DNA of 64,000 bases from Bacteroidales bacterium. Its GTDB lineage: Bacteria > Bacteroidota > Bacteroidia > Bacteroidales > UBA3663. Shown here in pieces: positions 38,517 to 46,278 of this stretch. The notes beneath the pieces were generated by a model. That model saw only the letters and a list, made by a program, of their open reading frames with translations, was not told where the DNA came from and made no database searches. How positions within the stretch are numbered: the stretch's first letter is position 1; every line of letters begins with the position of its first letter. The stretch spans positions 41,193-105,192 of the forward strand of contig JAZQOK010000018.1 of NCBI GenBank assembly GCA_045627865.1. Direction: 5' to 3'. The position numbers were made by a program, and so were the translations under genes.

Positions 38517-38576
38517 GGTTGGCTGCGCGGTTGGCTGCGCGGTCGGCTGCGCCCCTGGCTGCGCGGTCGCCCGTGT
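38517..38576. repeat. GC-rich 12-bp tandem repeat (GGTTGGCTGCGC x4 plus a degenerate fifth)
   Basis: Units start at 38517, 38529, 38541, 38553 and 38565, inside an otherwise AT-rich divergent intergenic region. Confidence 0.9.
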
Positions 38577-38835
38577 GTATCGGACCGTAATTTCCATGAT
38601 TTACCTTGGCAAAATGACCCCCAAAAACTTCGGGAGCACCAATGCATAAGAGACAAGAAAACACATTCGTGCAATTCGTGGTTAAACAAATAGAACCAAG
38701 AAAACGTTTTATCCGTTTTAGAAGTTTTATTCATTCAATCTTATCCAAAACACAGCACAAATTAGAAACTGGACAATACAATTTCTGTGTAAAAATAGGC
38801 ACAATCAATTACAAAGAGAATAAAAATGTAGTAAA

Positions 38836-38868
38836 ATTGCGGCGTAATAAAATTATACACTACATTTG
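38836..38868 (+). promoter_or_regulatory. candidate promoter for the 38925 lipoprotein gene
   Basis: TACATTTG (38861-38868) fits TAnnTTTG. ATTG (38836-38839) lies 21 nt upstream. The leader would be about 50 nt. Confidence 0.5.
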
Positions 38869-38924
38869 CAATCCAAACTAATACACAAACATAGCGTACT
38901 ATTAACCCTAAAAACAAATACATA

Positions 38925-39791
38925 ATGAAAAAATCCCATTTGCTTTTCTGTGCATTCTCATGTGCATTTCTGCTTGCATCCTGCAAGTCTGACAAGAACG
39001 AAATGATCGAACCAGAGACCATCAACTACACATTCAATGGCTTTAACGTCGAGTCAGGTTCCATTAGCGAATTATCTACCCGAGCAGAGGCGAACTACAA
39101 CCTGTTGGCCGTGGATGTAAAAGACGGCAGCTATGTGCAGAGCATCAGCAGAGTTCAGCAGCCTATGTCCGAAGCGCTGGCAGACGTCACTCTGCCGCTC
39201 AAAGTCGGATCGCACAAAATCTACATTCTTTGCAGTTCGCAGCCATGGCATAGTTTCAACGAATCCAGTCTGCTGGTTACCTGGAACGATCAGACAGCCC
39301 CATTGGCAGATACATGGAGCACCGTAGTTAACGTCAACGTTCAGGCGGGGAACGCACAGACAAAAAGCGTCACTCTGAACCGCGTCGTAGCGCTGGTCCG
39401 CACCGTGATTGCCGATGCACTTCCCGACAACCTTGCCAAGTTCCGTCAGAGCCTCGTTGGCGGCAGCTGGTGTTTTAATCTGGCACAGCAGAGCGGCGAC
39501 GTCGCCTCGCAAATCACACGCATTTCGCCCGTGTCAAGCAGTTACGCCGGACGTACCGGTGTAGGCATCAGTCTTTACACGTTTGTACCTGCTGGCGCGA
39601 CCAGCGCAGCAAGCTACAGTCTTACGGCGCTGGACACAAACGACCAGTCAATCCAGTCCATTTCCTTCAACAACGTTCCGCTTGAAGTAAACCGCTACAC
39701 CACCTATCAGGGCAATTACTTCGGCTACGACAACACATTCACCGTCACCCTTCAGACCGATTGGGGCGATGCCGTTGTCATTCCATTCTAA
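38925..39791 (+). CDS. lipoprotein, possibly Mfa2/FimB-like fimbrial accessory subunit
   Basis: Lipobox FLLASC. Beta-rich sequence with KSVTLNRVVALVRTVI. Assignment is weak. Confidence 0.4.
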   Translation: MKKSHLLFCAFSCAFLLASCKSDKNEMIEPETINYTFNGFNVESGSISELSTRAEANYNLLAVDVKDGSYVQSISRVQQPMSEALADVTLPLKVGSHKIYILCSSQPWHSFNESSLLVTWNDQTAPLADTWSTVVNVNVQAGNAQTKSVTLNRVVALVRTVIADALPDNLAKFRQSLVGGSWCFNLAQQSGDVASQITRISPVSSSYAGRTGVGISLYTFVPAGATSAASYSLTALDTNDQSIQSISFNNVPLEVNRYTTYQGNYFGYDNTFTVTLQTDWGDAVVIPF

Positions 39792-39814
39792 GCACCTATA
39801 ACCTTTTATTGATA

Positions 39815-39857
39815 ACAAAAAAACTGTCAGCTCCGAAGAACTGACAGTTTCTTTTTT
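39815..39857. terminator. bidirectional intrinsic terminator between the lipoprotein gene and fabD
   Basis: 10-bp stem aaactgtcag / ctgacagttt with a 10-nt loop, flanked by an A-run and a T-run. Confidence 0.8.
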
Positions 39858-39877
39858 GTATTGTTCAGATAAGTTCA

Positions 39878-40762
39878 TTATGCCAAAGCAGCAACGGCGA
39901 CGTCGGCAGAGATCTTAGAAACAAGACCCTGGAGAACGGTACCAGGACCACACTCTGTGAAGGTGGTAGCACCAGCGGCAATCATATTCTGAACAGACTT
40001 TGTCCAACGAACTGGAGAGGTAAGCTGAGCAACAAGGTTAGCCTTGATCTCGGCAGCATCGGTATGAGCAGCTGCATCGACGTTCTGATAGATTGGGCAA
40101 CGTGGAGCAGAGAAAGTAGTAGCCTCGATAGCCTCAGCGAGTTCTGCACGAGCTGGCTCCATGAGTGGAGAGTGGAAAGCACCACCCACCTTGAGTGGAG
40201 CCACGCGCTTTACACCCAGCTCGGTGAACTTAGCACCAGCAGCCTCGACAGCGGCTACCTCGCCCGAGATGATAACCTGACCTGGGCAGTTGAAGTTGGC
40301 AGGAACGACCTTGCCTGCAACCGAAGCACAAACCTCCTCCATCTGTTCGTCGCTCACTACGATGTTTCGCTGCAGTACAGCAGCCATGGTACCTGGGTTG
40401 GCATCACAAGCCTTCTGCATAGCCATGGCACGCTTGCTGACAAGCTTCAAGCCATCTTCGAACGAAAGAGCTCCGCTCAATACGAGAGCTGAGAACTCAC
40501 CCAGAGAGTGACCGGCTACCATATCTGGCTGAATATTAGCTACGATGGCAGGAATAACAGAGCAGAGGAACACAGCAGGCTGAGTCACCTTGGTCTGTAC
40601 CAAGTCTTCGGGTGCTCCTTCGAACATCAAGTCGGTAATGCGGAAGCCAAGAATCTCATTGGCCTTCTCGAACAACTCTTTTGCCTGGGCGTTGCTGTCA
40701 TACAACTCCTTGCCCATGCCTACAAACTGGGAACCCTGTCCCGGAAAAACGTATGCGTTCAT
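39878..40762 (-). CDS. fabD: ACP S-malonyltransferase
   Basis: FPGQGSQ start motif and an active-site GHSLGEFSAL. Confidence 0.95.
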   Translation of the reverse strand: MNAYVFPGQGSQFVGMGKELYDSNAQAKELFEKANEILGFRITDLMFEGAPEDLVQTKVTQPAVFLCSVIPAIVANIQPDMVAGHSLGEFSALVLSGALSFEDGLKLVSKRAMAMQKACDANPGTMAAVLQRNIVVSDEQMEEVCASVAGKVVPANFNCPGQVIISGEVAAVEAAGAKFTELGVKRVAPLKVGGAFHSPLMEPARAELAEAIEATTFSAPRCPIYQNVDAAAHTDAAEIKANLVAQLTSPVRWTKSVQNMIAAGATTFTECGPGTVLQGLVSKISADVAVAALA

Positions 40763-40823
40763 AAACTTTTATTAATATTAAACTTCGAATTTATTATTAT
40801 TTGGTTTCTTCAGATTGATTGAT

Positions 40824-42419
40824 TTATGGATTCCATACTGGATGAATAGCTCCGGTTGAAGTGCGACCACGGGTATCATAGGTCGACAAATAGTATGGAG
40901 AAATTCCAACCGTGATGCATTTAACATCTGTATCCTCGCACTCATTGGAGATATAATAGCCATAATCCCCATGGCTGAGCGCGAAATGGATATATACATC
41001 CGTTTCGATATCGTATGGCACGTCAGAATTCTTGGTTGCAGTTCCATCCTGATAATAAGGAGTTATCTCACTCTCTGCCAATTTCTCAGTATCCTTGAAT
41101 ACATAGAAGCCCGGTTTGACACCTGTCTGTTCGCTGGCTGATTGAGAAACATACGTCCAGTACGCATTATTAACCAACTCCTTGCATTGATCCAAGGTAG
41201 GCATACTCCAATTGCCACCCAACTTGTAATGAGCAGCATCACGGTCGAGCGAAAGTTTCGATTCAGTACCATCGTATGGGCCATCACCATCCTGAAGGGC
41301 GCCCCAATAATAGAGGCCCTCGAGATTCTCGCTATGCCATAGAGTACCACTTGGCAAGCCAAGGTCCACAGCAGAGGTCATATCCGGCGTTGAAGGAGTA
41401 CTGATTTCCTCATCCTTCGCCCCACCATCTTGCCAATCCTCAACCTCATCCACTTCGACGCCAATTTCGTCAGATGTGGAAGAGAGTGTGATATTGTAGG
41501 TGTAGGATATGCCAGACTGGATCGCCAATTCGGCAGAAGCGGTGAGGGTTCTCGACGAGCCATCCATATACGTGGATTCGTATTCGAACTCAAGTTTGAC
41601 CTTGTCGGGGAAGGCAATCACATAGTCAGCAATTCCAACCAATGAACTATACGAGGTTGAAGCAATCTGTGGCTCTGACCCTTGTATCAATTCCAGAGGC
41701 TGAAGTCCAAAATAGACGTCTGGACATGGGGTCTGTGACGTCAGATCAAAGAGGGCGTCATAATTGGTATATACCTTAAAACTCTTCATCTGATAGGCAT
41801 AACCCTCTGCATCTGTTCTGAACTTGAAGTTAAGCTTGGCAGTAGAATGCTTAAAGACCATATTGATGGTATTGCCATTGTCCTTGCGCGTAAGAGTCGC
41901 GGCGTAATGGACCATATCATGGCTAAACTCCCGGCTATATGGGGCAAACAGATGGTCTTCCAAATTGCCTTCAGCGAACTGATATATCTCGGTCCAATCC
42001 GAGTCCCACTCATTGATAAGACCAGGATATTGGACTTCTACGCCCTCGTCATTGACTGAGCTATGAGTACCATAGGCATAGATATAAACGGGCTGATTCT
42101 CGTCTTCTGGCCAAAAATAAGTAGCTCCTCCCCAAAACTCAAAACTATCGTTCGAAGCGTTATAGGTCACTGGTTCATTATCGACGACAGTCTCAAGTTC
42201 ACCATCTTTCTCGGTCATGATGATAACAACGAAGCCGTTGCTCATATTATCAATCGAGGTGGTGTTGACTTCGCTGCGAGTCATATCTGCGTCATAGACG
42301 GAGAGACTAATCGGTACGCGACCGGCGGAATCCAACGATTGGTTGGACTGCTCGATCTCGTTATTGCAGGAGAACAACAAGAGGCTTGAAACGGTTATGT
42401 ATGACAAATATCTTTTCAT
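40824..42419 (-). CDS. fimbrillin-like lipoprotein fused to a DUF1566/Lcl-C-like C-terminal domain
   Basis: The ATG at 42419 gives MKRYLSYITVSSLLLFSC. Fimbrillin-like MVFKHSTAKLNFKF. C-terminal VDLGLPSGTLW ... GGNWSMPTLDQCKELV resembles the DUF1566 'W-R/S-hPT--E' pattern. Confidence 0.55.
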   Translation of the reverse strand: MKRYLSYITVSSLLLFSCNNEIEQSNQSLDSAGRVPISLSVYDADMTRSEVNTTSIDNMSNGFVVIIMTEKDGELETVVDNEPVTYNASNDSFEFWGGATYFWPEDENQPVYIYAYGTHSSVNDEGVEVQYPGLINEWDSDWTEIYQFAEGNLEDHLFAPYSREFSHDMVHYAATLTRKDNGNTINMVFKHSTAKLNFKFRTDAEGYAYQMKSFKVYTNYDALFDLTSQTPCPDVYFGLQPLELIQGSEPQIASTSYSSLVGIADYVIAFPDKVKLEFEYESTYMDGSSRTLTASAELAIQSGISYTYNITLSSTSDEIGVEVDEVEDWQDGGAKDEEISTPSTPDMTSAVDLGLPSGTLWHSENLEGLYYWGALQDGDGPYDGTESKLSLDRDAAHYKLGGNWSMPTLDQCKELVNNAYWTYVSQSASEQTGVKPGFYVFKDTEKLAESEITPYYQDGTATKNSDVPYDIETDVYIHFALSHGDYGYYISNECEDTDVKCITVGISPYYLSTYDTRGRTSTGAIHPVWNP

Positions 42420-42449
42420 TGTCCAGAATAGTGGCTGGTTATTCGGGCG

Positions 42450-42483
42450 CAAAGATAATAATATTTTTTAAATCTGGCGCAAA
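42450..42483 (-). promoter_or_regulatory. candidate promoter for the 42419 fimbrillin-like gene
   Basis: On the minus strand, TATCTTTG (42457-42450) and TTTG (42483-42480) are separated by 22 nt. This lies inside the rejected N-terminal ORF extension. Confidence 0.5.
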
Positions 42484-42603
42484 TCATCCCAAAAAATTTC
42501 ATCATTGGTAGTTTCAGAGCCTTTTTACAGGCGATGCGGTGTTATTTATAATTGACAAATCGGGAGGGTTTATGCACATTTAGTTCATTTTCTCGCGCGA
42601 TTG

Positions 42604-42635
42604 TTTGGCTATCTCGGCAGAAATAATTATCTTTG
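42604..42635 (+). promoter_or_regulatory. candidate promoter for galM
   Basis: TTTG (42604-42607) and TATCTTTG (42628-42635) are separated by 20 nt. The ATG is at 42675. Confidence 0.6.
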
Positions 42636-42674
42636 CGCACATTTTTTAATTATTTTATAAATCGAAAGAAAACT

Positions 42675-43766
42675 ATGAGCACAAAGTCTGGATTGGATTC
42701 CAAAAACTTCGAAGCCGTTGTTGACGGCAAGAAGACCGCATTATACACCCTGACCAACAAGGCAGGCATGGAAGTATGTGTAACCAACTACGGAGGTACC
42801 ATCTTGTCAATCATGGCACCAGACCGCAATGGCAAACTGGATAACGTCGTTCTCTGCTACGACTCAATCGAGCAGTGCACCCATGCACCAGAACCATATC
42901 TCGGCGTAGCTATCGGCCGCTATGGTAACCGTATCGCCAACGCTAAGTTCACTTTGGACGGTGTTGAGTACCAGCTCGCACAGAACAATGGCGTGAACAC
43001 CCTGCACGGTGGTCCTAAGGGCTTCAACTTCCAGGTTTGGGACGTTGTCAGCACCAAGGAGAACCAGCTTGTGCTCGCTTACCTCTCGAAGGATGGCGAG
43101 GAGGGCTACCCTGGTAACCTCAAGGTCGAAATGACCTACACCCTGACCGAGGACAACGCTCTGCAGATCGAGTACAGCGCTACCACCGACAAGAAGACTA
43201 TCGTCAACCTGACCAACCACAGCTTCTTCAACTTGGGTGGTGCTCAGAAGGTAACTCCAACCGTTTATGATCATGTATTGACCATGAACTGTGACAAGTA
43301 TATCCCTGTTCAGGATGCTGCAGCTATCCCAACCGGCGAGCGTGCAAGCGTAGAGGGTACTCCATTCGACTTCCGCACCCCACACACCATCGGCGAGCGC
43401 ATCGATGCCGACGACACCCAGATCAAGTATGGCGCTGGCTACGACCATTGCTACTGCGTGGATTTGAACAGCGCCGACCAGCGTGGCATGAAGGGCTTGA
43501 AGCTCGTTGCTACCGTCGAGGAACCTAAGTCGGGCCGTGTCATGAAGGCTTACACCAACGAGCCTGGTATGCAGCTCTACACCGGCAACTTCCTGAACGA
43601 CAAGGTAATCGGCGCACACGGCAACCAGTTCCCTCGCCGTTCTGCTCTCTGCCTCGAGTCGCAGAAGCACCCAGACTCAATCAACCAGCCGAACTTCGAG
43701 TCTCCAATTCTCTGCCCGGGCGAGAAGTACTACTCGGTTTGCGTTTACGAGTTCAGCGTGAAGTAA
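42675..43766 (+). CDS. galM: aldose 1-epimerase (galactose mutarotase)
   Basis: GRYGNRIANAKF, NTLHGGPKGF, EEGYPGNL and HSFFNL motifs. ATG at 42675 was chosen over the upstream TTG. Confidence 0.9.
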   Translation: MSTKSGLDSKNFEAVVDGKKTALYTLTNKAGMEVCVTNYGGTILSIMAPDRNGKLDNVVLCYDSIEQCTHAPEPYLGVAIGRYGNRIANAKFTLDGVEYQLAQNNGVNTLHGGPKGFNFQVWDVVSTKENQLVLAYLSKDGEEGYPGNLKVEMTYTLTEDNALQIEYSATTDKKTIVNLTNHSFFNLGGAQKVTPTVYDHVLTMNCDKYIPVQDAAAIPTGERASVEGTPFDFRTPHTIGERIDADDTQIKYGAGYDHCYCVDLNSADQRGMKGLKLVATVEEPKSGRVMKAYTNEPGMQLYTGNFLNDKVIGAHGNQFPRRSALCLESQKHPDSINQPNFESPILCPGEKYYSVCVYEFSVK

Positions 43767-43779
43767 ACTTCATACGGAG

Positions 43780-43816
43780 ACTTCGTACGAAAACGATAAC
43801 GATAACGAAAACAAAA
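43780..43816. repeat. second perfect copy of the 37-nt element seen in the clpC 3' end
   Basis: acttcgtacgaaaacgataacgataacgaaaacaaaa is identical to 23288-23324. It starts 14 nt after the galM stop. Confidence 0.95.
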
Positions 43817-43851
43817 CAACTCAATATTAATTTTTAAACTCATTAACTACA

Positions 43852-43968
43852 ATGGCAAAGTCTGAGAAGAAGCGTAAGAAGGTTTTCGGCTTCCACACCG
43901 CTTTCAACAAGGCCAGCAAGGTGCAGGAGGCTCAGGCCGCTGCAATGGCTGCTTACTTGAAGAAGTAA
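43852..43968 (+). CDS. 38-aa basic small protein (not in the ORF track)
   Basis: ATG at 43852 to TAA at 43966-43968 encodes MAKSEKKRKKVFGFHTAFNKASKVQEAQAAAMAAYLKK. A strong terminator follows within 20 nt. Confidence 0.4.
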   Translation: MAKSEKKRKKVFGFHTAFNKASKVQEAQAAAMAAYLKK

Positions 43969-43983
43969 TTTCATTTCTTCATC

Positions 43984-44021
43984 AAAAAGCCTGCCCCGAA
44001 CTTCGGGGTATGGCTTTTTTT
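43984..44021 (+). terminator. intrinsic terminator after the small ORF
   Basis: aaaaagcctgccccgaacttcggggtatggcttttttt: a GC-rich stem (gcc..cccc / gggg..ggc) followed by a T7 run. Confidence 0.8.
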
Positions 44022-44196
44022 GTTTATGACCTCAGAGACCCCAGCCCAACCCCTCGGATGACAGAATGAGTGGGTCAGTAGGGGCTATTACCTTTGAATA
44101 GAAAGAACAACATAACACGAATAATATACCCCACCAAAGTATCTTTAAGCTTCCTCCATCGGGAGGGCCAGAGTGGGGTTTCAATCTTATACAACT

Positions 44197-45354
44197 ATGG
44201 ATATTGAAGAAGTTCGCTCGCGTTTTGCGAAGCATTTTAACGGTGAGACCGGACAGGTTTATGCTGCTCCTGGTCGTATCAATCTGATTGGTGAACATAC
44301 AGACTATAATGGTGGTTTCGTCTTCCCTGGCGCTGTACAGCAGGGCATGATGGCAGAGGTTAAGCCTAACGGCACCCGCACCATCCGCGCTTACAGTATC
44401 GACCTGAAGGACTATGACGAGTTCAGCCTCGATGATCCAGCTGGTCCTAAGGCCAGTCATTTCCGCTACGTCTATGGTGTAGCTAAGGAGATGGAGAAAC
44501 TGGGTGTGAAGGTAGAGGGCTTCGACACTGCCTTTGCAGGCGATGTACCTCTGGGCGCCGGCATGTCGAGCTCAGCTGCTCTGGAGAGCTGCTTTGCATA
44601 CGCTATCAATGACCTGTTCGGACAGAATAAGGTCAGCACGATGAATATGGCCAAGGCCGGCCAGGCTACCGAGCACAATTACCTCGGACTGAACTGCGGT
44701 ATCATGGATCAGTTTGCTTCGGTACACGGCAAGGCTGGTCAGCTGATGCGTCTGGACTGCCAGAGCGGTGAGTTCGAATATTTCCCATGGGAGCCTAAGG
44801 GCTACCGTCTGGTGCTAATCAACAGCTGCGTTAAACACGAGTTGGCTGGTTCGCCATACAACGACCGTCGAAAGAGCTGCGAGAATGTCGTTGCTGCTAT
44901 CAACAAAAAGTTCGGCACCAAGGCAGAGACACTACGTGACTGCACTTGGGAGCAGATCGAGGCGGTGAAGGCTGAGTGTGGTGAGGTTGACATCCGTCGC
45001 GCTACTTTCGTAATGGGCGAAAAGGATCGCGTGCTGGCAGTATGCGATGCCCTGCAGCGAGGCGACTACGAGACCGTTGGTCAGAAGATGTACGAGACCC
45101 ACAATGGTCTGTCGAAGGACTATGAGGTTTCGTGCGAGGAATTGGACTTCCTGAACGAAGTTGCCTTTGATTGTGGCGTAACCGGTTCCCGTATCATGGG
45201 TGGCGGTTTCGGAGGCTGCACCATCAACTTGGTTAAGAACGAGCTCTATGACCTTTTCACCCAGACTGCAGTCGAAAAGTTCGAGGCTAAGTACGGCAAG
45301 AAGCCTATCGTCATCCCAGTGGTGATTGGCGATGGAGCGAGAAGACTCGCATAA
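44197..45354 (+). CDS. galK: galactokinase
   Basis: GRINLIGEHTDYNGG, GAGMSSSAALE and GGGFGGC motifs. ATG at 44197 was chosen over the upstream GTG. Confidence 0.95.
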   Translation: MDIEEVRSRFAKHFNGETGQVYAAPGRINLIGEHTDYNGGFVFPGAVQQGMMAEVKPNGTRTIRAYSIDLKDYDEFSLDDPAGPKASHFRYVYGVAKEMEKLGVKVEGFDTAFAGDVPLGAGMSSSAALESCFAYAINDLFGQNKVSTMNMAKAGQATEHNYLGLNCGIMDQFASVHGKAGQLMRLDCQSGEFEYFPWEPKGYRLVLINSCVKHELAGSPYNDRRKSCENVVAAINKKFGTKAETLRDCTWEQIEAVKAECGEVDIRRATFVMGEKDRVLAVCDALQRGDYETVGQKMYETHNGLSKDYEVSCEELDFLNEVAFDCGVTGSRIMGGGFGGCTINLVKNELYDLFTQTAVEKFEAKYGKKPIVIPVVIGDGARRLA

Positions 45355-45421
45355 ATGCTCGTACGAAAACCCCGAAGGGGACGCGAAACGTAGCTTAAGC
45401 AACGATAACGAAAACGAAAAC

Positions 45422-46240
45422 TTGAAATACTTCATCTATCTACAATACGACGGAACAGAGTATCACGGCTGGCAAACCCAGCCGGACGCTGTGACTGTGC
45501 AGGAGACCATCGAGCAGAAACTCTCGATGCTCCTGCGCCGTGAGATTTTCATTGTAGGTGCAGGCCGTACCGATGCTGGAGTACATGCCAGACTGATGGT
45601 GGCGCATTTTGTTCTGAAGGACGAAAACGATAACGTTAACGCTAACCCTAACGATAACCTTAACGATAACGTTATTGATTGCCAGAATCTAACCTTCAAG
45701 TTGAATCAGGTGTTGCCTCCCGACATCAAGATTCTGAAGATTGTTCCGGTGAAGGAGGATGCCCACGCCAGGTTCTCTCCTATCGCGCGTACCTATAGAT
45801 ATTATATTACGACCGATAAACCGCTCTATAACCGCAACTATGTGATGCGCACCTACGAGCCACTGGACATTGAGGCAATGAATCACGCTTGCGCCAAACT
45901 GTTCTGCTACGAAGATTTCACATCGTTCAGCAAACTGCACACAGACGTCAAGACGAACAATTGCAAAATCATGGAGGCTTACTGGACTCGCGAGGTCAAT
46001 CCTGATGGAGGCGAAAACTATATCTTCATGATCAAGGCGGATCGATTCCTCCGCAATATGGTACGTGCCATCGTCGGTACGCTGATCAAAGTGGGCCGCC
46101 ACCGCATGACGATTCAAGAGTTTGCACAGGTCATCGAGCGTAAAGACCGCTGTACCGCCGGCGATTCGGTTCCTGCCTGCGGTCTCTTCCTGGAGGAGAT
46201 TGAGTATCCTGAGGAGATATTCATCGAGGAAGAATATTGA
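45422..46240 (+). CDS. truA: tRNA pseudouridine(38-40) synthase
   Basis: KYFIYLQYDGTEYHGWQTQP with the catalytic Asp in GAGRTDAGVHA. A TTG start at 45422 is proposed. The ORF-track ATG at 45326 overlaps galK and adds 32 residues of repeat-derived sequence. Confidence 0.8.
   Translation: MKYFIYLQYDGTEYHGWQTQPDAVTVQETIEQKLSMLLRREIFIVGAGRTDAGVHARLMVAHFVLKDENDNVNANPNDNLNDNVIDCQNLTFKLNQVLPPDIKILKIVPVKEDAHARFSPIARTYRYYITTDKPLYNRNYVMRTYEPLDIEAMNHACAKLFCYEDFTSFSKLHTDVKTNNCKIMEAYWTREVNPDGGENYIFMIKADRFLRNMVRAIVGTLIKVGRHRMTIQEFAQVIERKDRCTAGDSVPACGLFLEEIEYPEEIFIEEEY
45626..45673. repeat. eight phased hexamers (AAC NNT) inside truA
   Basis: aacgat/aacgtt/aacgct/aaccct/aacgat/aacctt/aacgat/aacgtt encodes NDNVNANPNDNLNDNV. 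Confidence 0.9.
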
Positions 46241-46278
46241 CAACAATAAGACAACGATAACAGCTAACTTTAAGTTAT

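Noticed and set aside
38473-38734. ORFs 38473-38664(-) and 38492-38734(-) in the fimbrial intergenic region
   Set aside because: Their sequences (…RAARGAADRAANRAANR… and …RSQGRSRPRSQPRSQP…) are translations of the 12-mer repeat, with no start context or family resemblance.
44025-44175. Possible MITE-like element upstream of galK, with G/C-rich ends (gaccccagcccaacccctcgg ... cgggagggccagagtggggt), and a similar ccttcc-atagcga-gggaagg...ggtgagg motif at 5971-6005
   Set aside because: The terminal inverted repeat is only roughly two-thirds complementary by my hand alignment. There is no target-site duplication and only a loose resemblance between the two loci. That is insufficient without a genome-wide copy count.
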